Positions 37,876 through 48,266 of a DNA stretch of 64,000 nt are shown in pieces; position 1 is the stretch's first letter; each line of letters opens with the position of its first letter. The notes under the pieces were generated by a model. It did not search any database and was not told where the DNA came from. It worked only from the letters and a program-made list of their open reading frames with translations. The position numbers were made by a program, and so were the translations under genes. Source of the stretch: an uncultured Anaerolineales bacterium (lineage in GTDB: Bacteria > Chloroflexota > Anaerolineae > Anaerolineales > UBA11858); the NCBI GenBank assembly GCA_964406305.1, contig CAYORF010000002.1, positions 130 through 64,129 on the forward strand. The letters run 5' to 3'.

Positions 37876-39138
37876 ATGACAAAGAGTTTTGAAAAAGTAG
37901 TGCTAGCGTACTCAGGTGGTTTGGACACATCTGTTATCCTCCATTGGCTCAAGGAGAACTATGGTTGTGAGGTCATCACCTTTACCGCAGATCTAGGCCA
38001 GGGTGCTGAAGAGCTGGAAGGCCTGGAGGAAAAAGCCTTGGCCAGCGGAGCCAGCAAAGTGTACATTGTAGACTTGCGTGAGGAATTTCTCACAGATTAT
38101 GCGTTCCTCACTTTACAGGCAGGCGCTATTTATGAGCATCTTTACCTGCTGGGTACTTCTTTTGCGAGGCCTATTACTTCCCAGAAATTGGTTGAGATAG
38201 CTGAGCAGGAAAATGCAGGAGCTATCTCTCATGGCTGCACCGGTAAAGGCAATGATCAGGTGCGTTTCGAATTAACAGCCAAAGCCCTGAATCCTTACTT
38301 GGAAGTGATCGCTCCCTGGCGGGAGTGGGATATCCGATCCCGGGAAGATGCGCTGGAGTATGCTAACAACCATGGTATATCTGTAAGCCAATCCCCAGGG
38401 TCAATTTACAGTCGTGACCGCAACATATGGCATATGAGCCACGAGGGCGGAGGTTTAGAAGATCCCTGGAAGGAACCTGATCCAGACGTCTTCTGTCTCA
38501 CCACAGCTCCAGAGGATGCACCTGTTCAACCCCAATATGTGGAAATCTCTTTTGATCAAGGGAATCCTGTATCCGTTGATGGTAAGGCGCTGGGTCCTGT
38601 GGAGTTACTTTCCTCTCTCAACGAGATTGGTGGTGCCCACGGAGTGGGTCGGGTGGACTTGGTCGAGAATCGGCTGGTAGGTATGAAATCGCGTGGCATC
38701 TACGAGACCCCAGGCGGCACCATTCTTTATACAGCTCACCAAGGTTTGGAGAGCATCTGCCTGGACCGCGATACACTTCATGCGAAAGCGCGGGTTGCCC
38801 AACGGTTCGCCGAATTGACCTATGACGGCAAATGGTTTACCCCGTTACATGAGGCGTTGCGAGCCTTTGTCGCGAAAACACAAGAGCGAGTGACAGGTTC
38901 GGTAATTATGAAACTTTATAAGGGAAACTGCTTTGTGGTAGGCCGCAAATCTTCATTCAGTCTCTACCGAGAGGATTTTGCTACCTTTGGAAGCGAAGAA
39001 GTCTTTAACCAGAGCGACGCCGAAGGATTCATCAATCTCTTCGGACTGCCTATGAAGGTGAAAGCGTTAGTCGACAGGGAAAACGCTGATGAGGACCACC
39101 AACCAACGATGGATTACAGTAAGTTTAGTGGAGATTAA
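37876..39138 (+). CDS. argG: Argininosuccinate synthase
   Basis: 420 aa. Contains [13 protein letters not shown] and [14 protein letters not shown]. Confidence 0.94.
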   Translation: MTKSFEKVVLAYSGGLDTSVILHWLKENYGCEVITFTADLGQGAEELEGLEEKALASGASKVYIVDLREEFLTDYAFLTLQAGAIYEHLYLLGTSFARPITSQKLVEIAEQENAGAISHGCTGKGNDQVRFELTAKALNPYLEVIAPWREWDIRSREDALEYANNHGISVSQSPGSIYSRDRNIWHMSHEGGGLEDPWKEPDPDVFCLTTAPEDAPVQPQYVEISFDQGNPVSVDGKALGPVELLSSLNEIGGAHGVGRVDLVENRLVGMKSRGIYETPGGTILYTAHQGLESICLDRDTLHAKARVAQRFAELTYDGKWFTPLHEALRAFVAKTQERVTGSVIMKLYKGNCFVVGRKSSFSLYREDFATFGSEEVFNQSDAEGFINLFGLPMKVKALVDRENADEDHQPTMDYSKFSGD

Positions 39139-39189
39139 GGGACTCAGATCAGGTCGATTAAATCTCAGGGTGAAAAGGAGTTACAACTG

Positions 39190-40563
39190 ATGGCATTATG
39201 GGGTGGAAGGTTTGAGAAAGAGATGGAACCAATCATGCGAAGATTTAATGATTCTTTCGCTTTCGATTACAGATTATACGCTGCGGATATTGATGGCAGC
39301 TTAGCCTACGCCAGCGCATTGTCAAGAGCAGGATTGATCACTGAGGAGGAACTGGACCTGCTTTGTGAGGGACTTGAACAAGTACGCGCGGAGTTTGATG
39401 ACGGCTCTTTCGAAGCCCGACCAGGTGATGAGGATATCCACACTGCTGTTGAACGGCGGTTGGTTGAATTGGTGGGGGAAGCGGCAGAAAAGATTCACAC
39501 TGGACGCTCCCGCAACGACCAGGTTGCCACCGATTTGAGGCTTTACCTGTTAGAAGAAATCTCATCTTTAAGTGAGTTGTTGGGGGCGCTGCAAGCGGCT
39601 TTGGCCGAGCAGGCCGAAACCCATCTAGACGTCTATATGCCTGGTTACACCCATTTGCAGCAGGCCCAACCAATACTCTTTAGTCATTGGGTGATGGCAT
39701 ACTTTTGGAAGTTTCAGCGTGATTATGAGCGGTTGACCGAGGTTACATCCCGTACAAACGTTTGTCCCTTGGGTGCCGGTGCCCTTGCTGGGAATCCTTT
39801 TGAAATTGACCGAATGGCGCTTGCCGAAACCCTCAACTTTGACTCCATTAGTGAAAATAGTCTTGACGCGGTGAGTGATCGGGACTTCGTGGTGGAATTC
39901 ATGTCCTGGGCCGTGCTCACTCAAATTCATTTAAGCGGATGGGCAGAGGAACTTATTATATGGGCTAGCTCTGAATTCGGTTTCCTGGAGATCGATGATG
40001 CCTATGCAACCGGTTCCAGTTTAATGCCGCAAAAGAAGAATCCTGATTCGTTGGAACTGATTCGAGGGAAAAGTGGACGAGTGGTCGGTCATCTTGTAGG
40101 TCTATTGACTACGCTTAAAGGCCTTCCCCTGGCTTATAACAAGGATTTGCAGGAAGATAAAGAAGCACTCTTTGATGTGATAGATACATTAAAGATCGAA
40201 CTTCCCATCGCCACCGGTATTATCTGCACCATGAAGATAAATGCCAAACGGATGGCAGCGATGTTGAATGAGGAAATGCTTGCCACTGACCTCGCCGACT
40301 ACCTGGTGCGTGAAGGTGTACCGTTTCGCAAAAGTCATCACTTAGTTGGCCAAGCTGTTCTTCGAGCAGAGGAACTGGGCGTTCCTTTAAATGAGCTTGA
40401 CTTGAGCGAATACCAGGCGATCCATTCCTCTTTCACCGAAAGTGTGTACGGGGTTTTTGATGTGCAACAGTCAGTCAGTGCAAGAGCTGTCGAAGGAGGA
40501 ACTGCTCCCCAGGCGGTTCGAAACCAGATTAAAACAGCAAAAGACATCATAAAACATTTATGA
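39190..40563 (+). CDS. argH: Argininosuccinate lyase
   Basis: 457 aa. Contains LWGGRFE and the [12 protein letters not shown] signature. Confidence 0.94.
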   Translation: MALWGGRFEKEMEPIMRRFNDSFAFDYRLYAADIDGSLAYASALSRAGLITEEELDLLCEGLEQVRAEFDDGSFEARPGDEDIHTAVERRLVELVGEAAEKIHTGRSRNDQVATDLRLYLLEEISSLSELLGALQAALAEQAETHLDVYMPGYTHLQQAQPILFSHWVMAYFWKFQRDYERLTEVTSRTNVCPLGAGALAGNPFEIDRMALAETLNFDSISENSLDAVSDRDFVVEFMSWAVLTQIHLSGWAEELIIWASSEFGFLEIDDAYATGSSLMPQKKNPDSLELIRGKSGRVVGHLVGLLTTLKGLPLAYNKDLQEDKEALFDVIDTLKIELPIATGIICTMKINAKRMAAMLNEEMLATDLADYLVREGVPFRKSHHLVGQAVLRAEELGVPLNELDLSEYQAIHSSFTESVYGVFDVQQSVSARAVEGGTAPQAVRNQIKTAKDIIKHL

Positions 40564-40579
40564 AAAGGAAATTTTGATT

Positions 40580-40744
40580 ATGACTATGTGTCCAGAATGC
40601 GCAGCGGAATTAGAATTAGCTCCCGATACAGTTGAGGCCGAGATCATTGTCTGTCCTGATTGCGGTGTGGAGCTGGAAGTGATCAGTCTTGATCCCATTG
40701 AACTAGATCTTGCTCCAGAAGTCGAAGAAGATTGGGGCGAATAG
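40580..40744 (+). CDS. lysW: LysW amino-group carrier protein (54 aa)
   Basis: Encodes [54 protein letters not shown]. It has two CxxC pairs and the acidic EDWGE C-terminus. It is not in the ORF track because it is under 60 aa. Confidence 0.88.
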   Translation: MTMCPECAAELELAPDTVEAEIIVCPDCGVELEVISLDPIELDLAPEVEEDWGE

Positions 40745-40829
40745 GGTTCACTATGTCCATGATTTCCACGCCGGTGCTTCACCTTCAGTGGGGGAAATAT
40801 ATCCTTATGGAAAGAAAAGAGATGAATTG

Positions 40830-41765
40830 ATGAACGAAAATAAAAGGAGGCATACCCAGAATGGGGAAGTGAAAGTTGGAGTTTTATGTTCGCGAATTCG
40901 TGTTGAAGAGAAATTACTGATTCAAGCGCTGCAGGAACGAAATGTGTCTTTCCAGAGCATCGACTCGAGGGATTTCGCTTTAGCGTTGGGGCAGGGCGAG
41001 GATTCATACCCGGACCCGACAAAGAGTTTGGAAACGTTGCAGGAATGTGATGTCGTCCTCATTCGGTGTTTGAGTCATTCTCGGGCTTATTATCTCAGCC
41101 GCTGGCTAGAGGGAAGAGGGATACCGACAGTGAGTTCACATCAGGCAATTACTACCTGTGGAGATAAGATGCTCACCAGCACTGCTTTACGGGAGGCCGA
41201 TGTGCCCATTCCAAATACCCGGATAGCCTTTACCAGAGAGACGGCTTTGGAAGCGATTGAAGAAATGAATTACCCGGTAGTGCTAAAACCCCTTTTTGGA
41301 TCATGGGGTCGATTACTAGCCCGCATCAACGATCGCTGTGCTGCTGAAGCCGTCCTGGAGCACAAGACAAGGTTGGGAGATTATACCCATGGGGTTTTTT
41401 ACATCCAGGAGTATGTCGAGAAACCGGGCCGGGATATCCGCAGTTTCGTAGTTGGTGATCGAACCATTGCTGCCATTTATCGCCAATCATCGCATTGGAT
41501 TACTAACACCGCCAGGGGAGGTGAGGCTACCAAATGCCCAATTACCACAGAAGTAGATTCCCTCTCCCGGGCTGCAGCTCGCGCGGTAGGTGGCGGTGTG
41601 GTGGCTATCGATCTATTAGAGGATCCTGATGGGCGTTTGTTGGTCAACGAAGTCAACCACACGCCAGAATTTCGCAACAGCATTGACGCCACTGGTGTGG
41701 ATATCCCAGGGGAGATCATTGATCACGTTTTGGAGGTTGCTATGAAGGGTAAGTCGGGGTGTTGA
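40830..41765 (+). CDS. lysX: LysX-type ATP-grasp ligase (amino acid--LysW ligase), paralog 1
   Basis: RimK/LysX family. Contains [30 protein letters not shown] and [10 protein letters not shown] trimmed the start to the ATG at 40830 because the track ORF overlaps lysW. Confidence 0.85.
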   Translation: MNENKRRHTQNGEVKVGVLCSRIRVEEKLLIQALQERNVSFQSIDSRDFALALGQGEDSYPDPTKSLETLQECDVVLIRCLSHSRAYYLSRWLEGRGIPTVSSHQAITTCGDKMLTSTALREADVPIPNTRIAFTRETALEAIEEMNYPVVLKPLFGSWGRLLARINDRCAAEAVLEHKTRLGDYTHGVFYIQEYVEKPGRDIRSFVVGDRTIAAIYRQSSHWITNTARGGEATKCPITTEVDSLSRAAARAVGGGVVAIDLLEDPDGRLLVNEVNHTPEFRNSIDATGVDIPGEIIDHVLEVAMKGKSGC

Positions 41766-42634
41766 AGAGGGAGAAAATTGTGGGTGTTTTCTGCTCACGG
41801 GTCCGAATGGAAGAGAAGAAACTATTCTCGGCATTTCGGGCACAAGGAATACCATTTGAGCGGGTTGACGTGCGTCGTCAGATATTTTCTTTGAACGGCA
41901 AGAATCCTACCGAGCGTTTCGATGTGGTATTGATCCGTTGTTTGAGCCACACACGATCCCTTTATGTGGCAAAAATGTTGGAGCATCATGGTATGAGAGT
42001 GGTAAATGGACATCAATGCATCGCAATCTGCGGTGATAAGGTGTTAACTACGATGGCATTGAGAGAAAACAAGATACCGACACCTCGCACCACGATGACC
42101 TTTTCGCTGGAAAGTTCATTGATGGCCATGGAGGCGATGGGATATCCCGTGGTAATCAAGCCAGCCGTGGGTTCGTGGGGAAGGCTGATGGCTAAAGTCA
42201 ACGATCGGGAATCTGCCGAGGCTGTGTTGGAACATAAGCTAGCGTTGGGTCACGACTTCCCTTATTACATTCAGGAATTCGTTGAGAAACCAGGACGTGA
42301 CATCCGCACACTCGTAGTTGGAGAGAAGACGGTCTATGCCGTATACCGCGAGTCCCAACATTGGATTACAAATACCGCTCGGGGTGGAGAGACCTCCTTG
42401 TGCCCTGTCACTCCCGAAATTGACCGGATTTCCCAGGCTGCGGCCCGGGCTGTGAAAGGCGAGATTGTTGCGGTGGATCTTTTGGAGAAAGCTGATGGTG
42501 AGCTGCTGGTCAATGAAGTTAACCATACCCCGGAGTTTCACGGAGCTAGTAAGGTCGCCGAAGGGGACATTGCCAGCACAATTATCAAGTACATAAAAGA
42601 AGTGAGAGAAATTGAAAGGGGTAGGACACTTTAG
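41759..42634 (+). CDS. LysX-type ATP-grasp ligase, paralog 2 (possible ArgX-like glutamate--LysW ligase)
   Basis: 291 aa. It shares the motif set of paralog 1 ([39 protein letters not shown]). GTG start overlapping the stop of paralog 1. Confidence 0.8.
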   Translation: MLKREKIVGVFCSRVRMEEKKLFSAFRAQGIPFERVDVRRQIFSLNGKNPTERFDVVLIRCLSHTRSLYVAKMLEHHGMRVVNGHQCIAICGDKVLTTMALRENKIPTPRTTMTFSLESSLMAMEAMGYPVVIKPAVGSWGRLMAKVNDRESAEAVLEHKLALGHDFPYYIQEFVEKPGRDIRTLVVGEKTVYAVYRESQHWITNTARGGETSLCPVTPEIDRISQAAARAVKGEIVAVDLLEKADGELLVNEVNHTPEFHGASKVAEGDIASTIIKYIKEVREIERGRTL

Positions 42635-42655
42635 AAAATATAAGGACTTATTGAC

Positions 42656-43693
42656 ATGATTCAAACTGCTATCGTTGGTGCATCAGGTTATGCAGGAGGA
42701 GAATTGCTTCGGTTGCTGCTTTCCCATCCTGAGATTGAAGTGACGCAGATCACATCAGAAAAGTATGCCAAACAATATGCCTATTTCGTCCATCCTAATC
42801 TTCGTAACCGCACCCAATTAAAGTTTCGAAAATTGGACGAACTTGAATCTGTTGACCTTCTGTTTTTGGCTTTGCCCCATGGCCATGCCATGAAACAGAT
42901 TGAGGTGTTCGCTGAGTTGGGGGAGCGAATTGTGGATTTGTCGGCTGATTTCCGATTAAGTGATCCGGCAAAATATCACCGTTGGTATGAAAAAGAACAT
43001 CTAGCTCCCCAATGGTTGGATCGATTTGTCTATGGCTTACCGGAGCTGCATCGAAAGGAACTAGTTAGCGCTAGATATGCTACTGGAACCGGCTGTAATG
43101 CCATTGTCACCACTTTGGCTCTCTGGCCATTATATAGGCGGGGCTTGGTCCGGGAGACAGTCGTAGAGGTCAAAGTGGGTTCGGCGGAGGGAGGCCATAA
43201 AGTCAACCCTGCTTCCCATCATCCGGAGCGGGCAGGGGTAGTCCGCTCCTACGCACCGGTAGGACATCGACATGTGGCTGAGTTGATCCAGGAGCTGGAC
43301 CTTGCTCCGGAGAAAAAGCGTCTCCATTTTTCAGTCACGTCGGTGGGTATTGTGCGAGGAGCATTGGCGACGTGTCATTGTCTGCTGGATGAGCCATTGG
43401 AGGAAAAAGACGCCTGGCGTTTCTACCGCGAAGATTATGGGGAAGAGCCATTTGTACGCCTTGCCCAGTCAAAGCGAGGCATTCACCGATTTCCGGAACC
43501 CAAAATCCTCTCCGGATCCAATTATTGTGACCTGGGCTTTGCTGCTGACCCAGCCAACAACCGTATGGTCGTCATCGCTGCAATTGATAATTTAATGAAA
43601 GGAGCGGCTGGCAATGCGGTGCAAACGATGAATTTGATGTGTGGATTCCCAGAAACTATGGGTTTGGAGTTCCCCGGCTTGCACCCTATCTAA
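42656..43693 (+). CDS. lysY: LysY/ArgC-type N-acyl-gamma-(amino)acyl-phosphate reductase
   Basis: 345 aa. Starts IVGASGYAGGELLRLL and contains GTGCNA (active-site Cys). Confidence 0.88.
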   Translation: MIQTAIVGASGYAGGELLRLLLSHPEIEVTQITSEKYAKQYAYFVHPNLRNRTQLKFRKLDELESVDLLFLALPHGHAMKQIEVFAELGERIVDLSADFRLSDPAKYHRWYEKEHLAPQWLDRFVYGLPELHRKELVSARYATGTGCNAIVTTLALWPLYRRGLVRETVVEVKVGSAEGGHKVNPASHHPERAGVVRSYAPVGHRHVAELIQELDLAPEKKRLHFSVTSVGIVRGALATCHCLLDEPLEEKDAWRFYREDYGEEPFVRLAQSKRGIHRFPEPKILSGSNYCDLGFAADPANNRMVVIAAIDNLMKGAAGNAVQTMNLMCGFPETMGLEFPGLHPI

Positions 43694-43874
43694 TGGCAAT
43701 GGACATTCACACCTTGCTCTTTGGTAGTTTGTGCCAACTTACAGGGATATCTTGCCCAACCCAAGGGCAGAGAGAAGTATAGCGAGAATATTGGGAGCGT
43801 TCCTGATACCGGGGGGGGCGTACAAATAAAAATAACCCAGTTAGGGATGCTAACTTTGAAGGGAGAAACAGGTA

Positions 43875-44690
43875 ATGATTGTAGTCAAAGCAGGTGGAAA
43901 TAGAGAGCTGGATATTTCGCCTATTTGTGATGATGTGGCTGAATTGATCCAAAAGGGAGAGCAGATTATTCTGGTCCATGGGGGTTCTGGTGAAACCAAC
44001 CGCATCTCCAAAAAATTGGGTAGCCCTCCTCGATTTGTGACCTCACCATCAGGGCATTCCAGCCGCTACACTGACCGGAAAACATGGGAGATTTATGCTA
44101 TGGTTGTAACCGGTCGGATTAACACACTGCTGGTTGAGCGACTGCAGCAATCAGGTGTCAATGCCCTTGGTCTTTCCGGTCTTGATGGTCGGCTTTTAGA
44201 AGGAAAACGCAAATCCTCTTTACGCATTATGGAGAATGGGAAGCCAAAGATGCTGCGAGGAGAGTACAGTGGAATCATTGAGAACGTTAATGTTAGTCTG
44301 CTTCAAATCTTGCTCGACGCCAACTATGTGCCTGTGGTAGCTCCGGTGGCTATCAGTTATCAGAATGAAGGATTGAACGTGGATGGAGATCGGGTGGCAG
44401 CTGCTATTGGTCGTGCCCTTGGGGCAGAACAAGTTATCATCCTTTCCAATGTTCCAGGTCTGTTGCGTGATGTTAATGATGAGGGATCACTGATTCCTTA
44501 TATCCCTGCCCGAGAAGCCAAGGATTATCTTAAGCATTATGCCAAGGGGCGCATGAAACGAAAAGTACTGGGAGCAATTGAAGCACTACAAGGCAGAGTA
44601 AGTCGGGTCATCATCGCAGATGGACGAGTGGAAGCTCCCATCCAACGGGCACTGGCTGGACATGGAACAGTATTTTCAAATGAGCACTAG
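43875..44690 (+). CDS. lysZ: LysZ/ArgB-type amino-acid kinase ([LysW]-aminoadipate/glutamate kinase)
   Basis: 271 aa. Starts MIVVKAGGN and contains ILVHGGS. Confidence 0.88.
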   Translation: MIVVKAGGNRELDISPICDDVAELIQKGEQIILVHGGSGETNRISKKLGSPPRFVTSPSGHSSRYTDRKTWEIYAMVVTGRINTLLVERLQQSGVNALGLSGLDGRLLEGKRKSSLRIMENGKPKMLRGEYSGIIENVNVSLLQILLDANYVPVVAPVAISYQNEGLNVDGDRVAAAIGRALGAEQVIILSNVPGLLRDVNDEGSLIPYIPAREAKDYLKHYAKGRMKRKVLGAIEALQGRVSRVIIADGRVEAPIQRALAGHGTVFSNEH

Positions 44691-44708
44691 CTCAGGTCAG
44701 GAAAACAT

Positions 44709-45872
44709 ATGTGTAAAGATAATATCCAAGAATTCAAAATCATCGAGTCGACCTTACGAGAAGGGGAGCAATTCGTTGGTGCAAATTTTACCACCGGGCA
44801 AAAGATGGAAATTGCTCAGGCCCTTGACGATTTTGGCGTGGAGTATCTGGAACTTACTTCACCCATGGTCTCCCCCCAAAGTTATGAAGATATCAAGCAA
44901 ATTGCAAGTATGGGGCTGAAGGCCAAGATCCTGACCCATATTCGCTGCAGTAAAAGCGACGCGGCTCGGGCATTGGAGCTGCCCTTGGATGGAGTAGATA
45001 TCGTGATCGGAACAAGTTCTATGCTGCGGAAAATTTCCCACGGCAAGGAGATCCCTCAAATCATTGCCTTGGCTGAGGAAGTCATAGCATATATCAAAGA
45101 ACAACGACCTGAGCTGGAGATTCGGTTTAGCACAGAGGATTCCTTTCGAAGCGAGTCGGAAGACCTCTGGGAGGTATATCAGGTGGTTGATAGTATGGGT
45201 ATTGACCGGGTAGGGATTGCCGACACAGTGGGAGTTGCTACGCCCTTTGACGTATACGAACTAGCTTCTAAAATAAAGGGTTTGGTAAATGCCGAGTTGG
45301 AATTTCATGGTCATAACGATTCTGGATGTGCCATCGCAAATAGCTATGCTGCCCTCCTAGCTGGTGTGACTTGCATCGATACCAGCGTGTTAGGGATTGG
45401 GGAGCGAAATGGAATCACACCCCTGGGTGGTTTCATCGCTCGTCTTTATGCCACCGATCCTGATTTCATCCGCAATAAGTATAACCTGAAGACCCTCACG
45501 CGAGTGGACAAATTGGTAGCCGAATTAGTGGGTGTTGACATTCCCTTCAACAACTTCATCACGGGAATCACGGCCTTCACCCACAAAGCCGGCATCCATG
45601 CCAAAGCTATCTTGAACGACCCCCGGACTTATGAAATCATTGACCCCAAAGATTTTGGTCTGAGTCGTTATATATCGGTTGCCCACCGTTTGACCGGTTG
45701 GCATGCCATCAAATTGCGAGCCGAGCAGTTGGGGATTGAAATGAATGAAGAGAAAATCAAACGAGTTACCAGCCATGTCAAGGTGCTTGCTGACGAGAAG
45801 CCATTATCACTGGATGACGTGGATGCTGTTCTCAAACGCTGGGGCAGTAATGGACAAGATTATATAGATTGA
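44709..45872 (+). CDS. hcs: Homocitrate synthase, LYS20/Thermus type
   Basis: 387 aa. Contains [12 protein letters not shown] and [17 protein letters not shown]. Confidence 0.85.
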   Translation: MCKDNIQEFKIIESTLREGEQFVGANFTTGQKMEIAQALDDFGVEYLELTSPMVSPQSYEDIKQIASMGLKAKILTHIRCSKSDAARALELPLDGVDIVIGTSSMLRKISHGKEIPQIIALAEEVIAYIKEQRPELEIRFSTEDSFRSESEDLWEVYQVVDSMGIDRVGIADTVGVATPFDVYELASKIKGLVNAELEFHGHNDSGCAIANSYAALLAGVTCIDTSVLGIGERNGITPLGGFIARLYATDPDFIRNKYNLKTLTRVDKLVAELVGVDIPFNNFITGITAFTHKAGIHAKAILNDPRTYEIIDPKDFGLSRYISVAHRLTGWHAIKLRAEQLGIEMNEEKIKRVTSHVKVLADEKPLSLDDVDAVLKRWGSNGQDYID

Positions 45873-45886
45873 AAAGGAAAGGACCT

Positions 45887-47083
45887 ATGAGCGAACAGAA
45901 ATCATCACAGACAATGGAAGCGTATCCGGAAGAAGGGATGAAATCGAAGATCAAGGGACCGGTGTACATCGATGATACTACCTTACGCGATGGGGAACAA
46001 ACCGCTGGTGTAGTTTTTGCTAATGAGGAAAAAATTCACATTGCCAAAATGTTATCCAGGATTGGGGTTCATCAAATTGAAGTTGGCATTCCAACTATGG
46101 GAGGCGATGAGAAAGAAGCCATCAAACAGATCGTGGATCTTGAACTCCCTACCAGTATTCTCGCTTGGAATCGGGCAGTGATCAGTGACATAAAGCATTC
46201 TCTCGATTGTGGTGTAGATGCTGTGGCTGTCTCTATTTCTGCCTCGGACATCCACATCGAAAACAAGTTGCGCCGGGACCGGCAGTGGGTCTTGGACTCC
46301 ATCCTGAGTGCTGTAGAATTCGCCAAAGACCATCAGCTTTATGTTTCTGTGAATGCTGAGGATGCCTCCCGCGCCGACCCTGAATTCCTGATTGAATTTG
46401 CCAATGCAGCCAAGCAGTCAGGGGCTGACCGGCTCCGTTACTGCGATACAGTCGGCATCCTTGATCCTCTGGAAACCTACAAACGAGTAAAAACCTTGAT
46501 CCAGGAAGTGGATCTGCCGATTGAAATGCACACACATAACGATTTCGGGATGGCCACAGCCAACGCGATTGCCGGACTTGAGGCTGGTGCGACCTATGTT
46601 AATACCACAGTAAATGGATTAGGTGAACGAGCGGGAAATGCCGCTTTGGAAGAATTGGTAATGGCACTTCAATATACTGTAGGAGTCGAGATGGATATCC
46701 AGACCTCGCTTTTCCGTGATCTTGGGGAATATGTCGCTTTGGCTTCAGGGCGTATGCTGCCAGCCTGGAAACCGATTGTGGGAAGCAACCTTTTCGTTTA
46801 CGAATCCGAAGGACGAGCTAGCGGTGTGATCCGCGACCCAACGACGTACGAGATCTTTTGGCCTGGCGAGGTGGGTTTGTTGCGCCGATTCAGTGTAGGA
46901 AAATACTCAGGTCCCAGCGTCATTCGCCGCAAGCTTCGGGAGCAGGGGTATCACCCCTCCAAAGAGGAAGTCCAGAAGCTGGTACCCATCATGCGGTCCC
47001 GCTCGATTGCCTTGAAACGGTCTTTATTTGACAATGAGGTGGTTGAAGTTTATTCAATGTTGAGAGAGAGGAGAGATGTATGA
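45887..47083 (+). CDS. NifV/AksA-like 2-oxoacid:acetyl-CoA condensing enzyme, paralog A
   Basis: Contains [14 protein letters not shown] and HTHNDFGMATANAIAGL. It lacks a LeuA-type C-terminal regulatory domain. I chose the ATG at 45887 behind AAAGGAAAGGA; the track offers a TTG at 45869. Confidence 0.8.
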   Translation: MSEQKSSQTMEAYPEEGMKSKIKGPVYIDDTTLRDGEQTAGVVFANEEKIHIAKMLSRIGVHQIEVGIPTMGGDEKEAIKQIVDLELPTSILAWNRAVISDIKHSLDCGVDAVAVSISASDIHIENKLRRDRQWVLDSILSAVEFAKDHQLYVSVNAEDASRADPEFLIEFANAAKQSGADRLRYCDTVGILDPLETYKRVKTLIQEVDLPIEMHTHNDFGMATANAIAGLEAGATYVNTTVNGLGERAGNAALEELVMALQYTVGVEMDIQTSLFRDLGEYVALASGRMLPAWKPIVGSNLFVYESEGRASGVIRDPTTYEIFWPGEVGLLRRFSVGKYSGPSVIRRKLREQGYHPSKEEVQKLVPIMRSRSIALKRSLFDNEVVEVYSMLRERRDV

Positions 47084-48243
47084 GCAGGTTATCGAACATT
47101 AGATTATTGGATACTACCCTGCGGGACGGAGAACAGGCGGTAGGTGTAATCTTTACTCCTCGAGAGAAAAGGCAAATTTCTTCCATACTGGCGGCCATTG
47201 GCATTCCTGCTGTTGAGGTTGGTTTCCCTGCCTTGGGACCTGAGGAAAAAGCCTGTATTCTTGCTGTTGTGGATGCTGGTATCATGACTAAAGATGGAAA
47301 TCCCTTGGAGGTCAGCGCCTTTGCAAGAGCAAGGCGGGAAGATGTGAAAGATGCAGCTGATTGTCACGTGGATAGTGTCATTATTTCCATTTCTACCTCT
47401 GATACTCATATTGAACGCAAGTTTCAGGCCGATCAAGCGTGGGTCTTAGAACAAGTGAAAGAGGCTGCAGAGGAAGCAGAAAAACACAATCTGGCCTTTA
47501 CTATAAGTGCTGAAGATGCCTCTCGAACTGAACTTAGCTTTTTAATTGAGTTTTTTCGTCTAGCTGAGGAAATCGGGGCTGTGAGGGTGCGCTACTGTGA
47601 CTCCCTGGGTGTTGAGGATCCTTACACCAGCTACCGGCGGATCAAATACATCCGGCAAGAAACTTCCCTTCCTATAGAAGTGCACATGCACAATGATTTT
47701 GGGATGGCCACGGCCAATGTCATGGCTGGGATACGGGCTGGGGCGAGTTCTGTGGTCGGTTCCATTGGAGGACTTGGGGAACGGACAGGTAATTCCCCGA
47801 TAGAAGAGGTAGTGATGGCTTTGAAGCATCTGTACGGAATGGATTTGGGCATTGACACCTCTCAATTCCGTGAAGTGGCTGAATATGTGGCTCAAGCGAG
47901 CCAGCGGGCTATCCCCATCTGGAAAGCCATTGTTGGGACTAATGTTTTTGCCCATGAGTCCGGGATTCACGCAGATGGCATCCTCAAGAACCCAGATAGT
48001 TATGAAGCCTTCAAGCCTGAAGAGGTAGGGTTAGAACGTCAAATTGTGATTGGCAAGCATTCTGGCACCCAGTCGCTGAAGCATAAATTCCTGGCCGGAT
48101 TTAGAATTGAACTGGATGATGAGACGGCCCAGGAATTGCTGGAAAAGGTGCGTTCCACAACCGTGGAGCTTAAGAGGCCGCTTTTCAATAAGGAATTGAT
48201 ACTGTTGTATGAAGACACAAATTCAAAGCCAAGTAAAGAGTGA
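47080..48243 (+). CDS. NifV/AksA-like 2-oxoacid:acetyl-CoA condensing enzyme, paralog B
   Basis: 387 aa. Contains [14 protein letters not shown] and HMHNDFGMATANVMAGI. ATGA overlap with paralog A. Confidence 0.8.
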   Translation: MSRLSNIRLLDTTLRDGEQAVGVIFTPREKRQISSILAAIGIPAVEVGFPALGPEEKACILAVVDAGIMTKDGNPLEVSAFARARREDVKDAADCHVDSVIISISTSDTHIERKFQADQAWVLEQVKEAAEEAEKHNLAFTISAEDASRTELSFLIEFFRLAEEIGAVRVRYCDSLGVEDPYTSYRRIKYIRQETSLPIEVHMHNDFGMATANVMAGIRAGASSVVGSIGGLGERTGNSPIEEVVMALKHLYGMDLGIDTSQFREVAEYVAQASQRAIPIWKAIVGTNVFAHESGIHADGILKNPDSYEAFKPEEVGLERQIVIGKHSGTQSLKHKFLAGFRIELDDETAQELLEKVRSTTVELKRPLFNKELILLYEDTNSKPSKE

Positions 48244-48266
48244 GGAATGACTTTAGGAGTAAAACA

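Noticed and set aside
37725-37952. 75-aa minus-strand ORF spanning the arg terminator and the argG start
   Set aside because: It runs antisense through a perfect terminator hairpin and the argG RBS, and it has no supporting features.
43694-43874. 181-nt gap between lysY and lysZ in an otherwise tightly packed operon. It contains a 29-codon ORF overlapping the lysY stop and the 60-aa track ORF 43721-43903.
   Set aside because: I found only weak 5-6 bp hairpins, no LysW-like CxxC or acidic-tail peptide, no SD and no promoter-like hexamers. The evidence is insufficient to call a feature.
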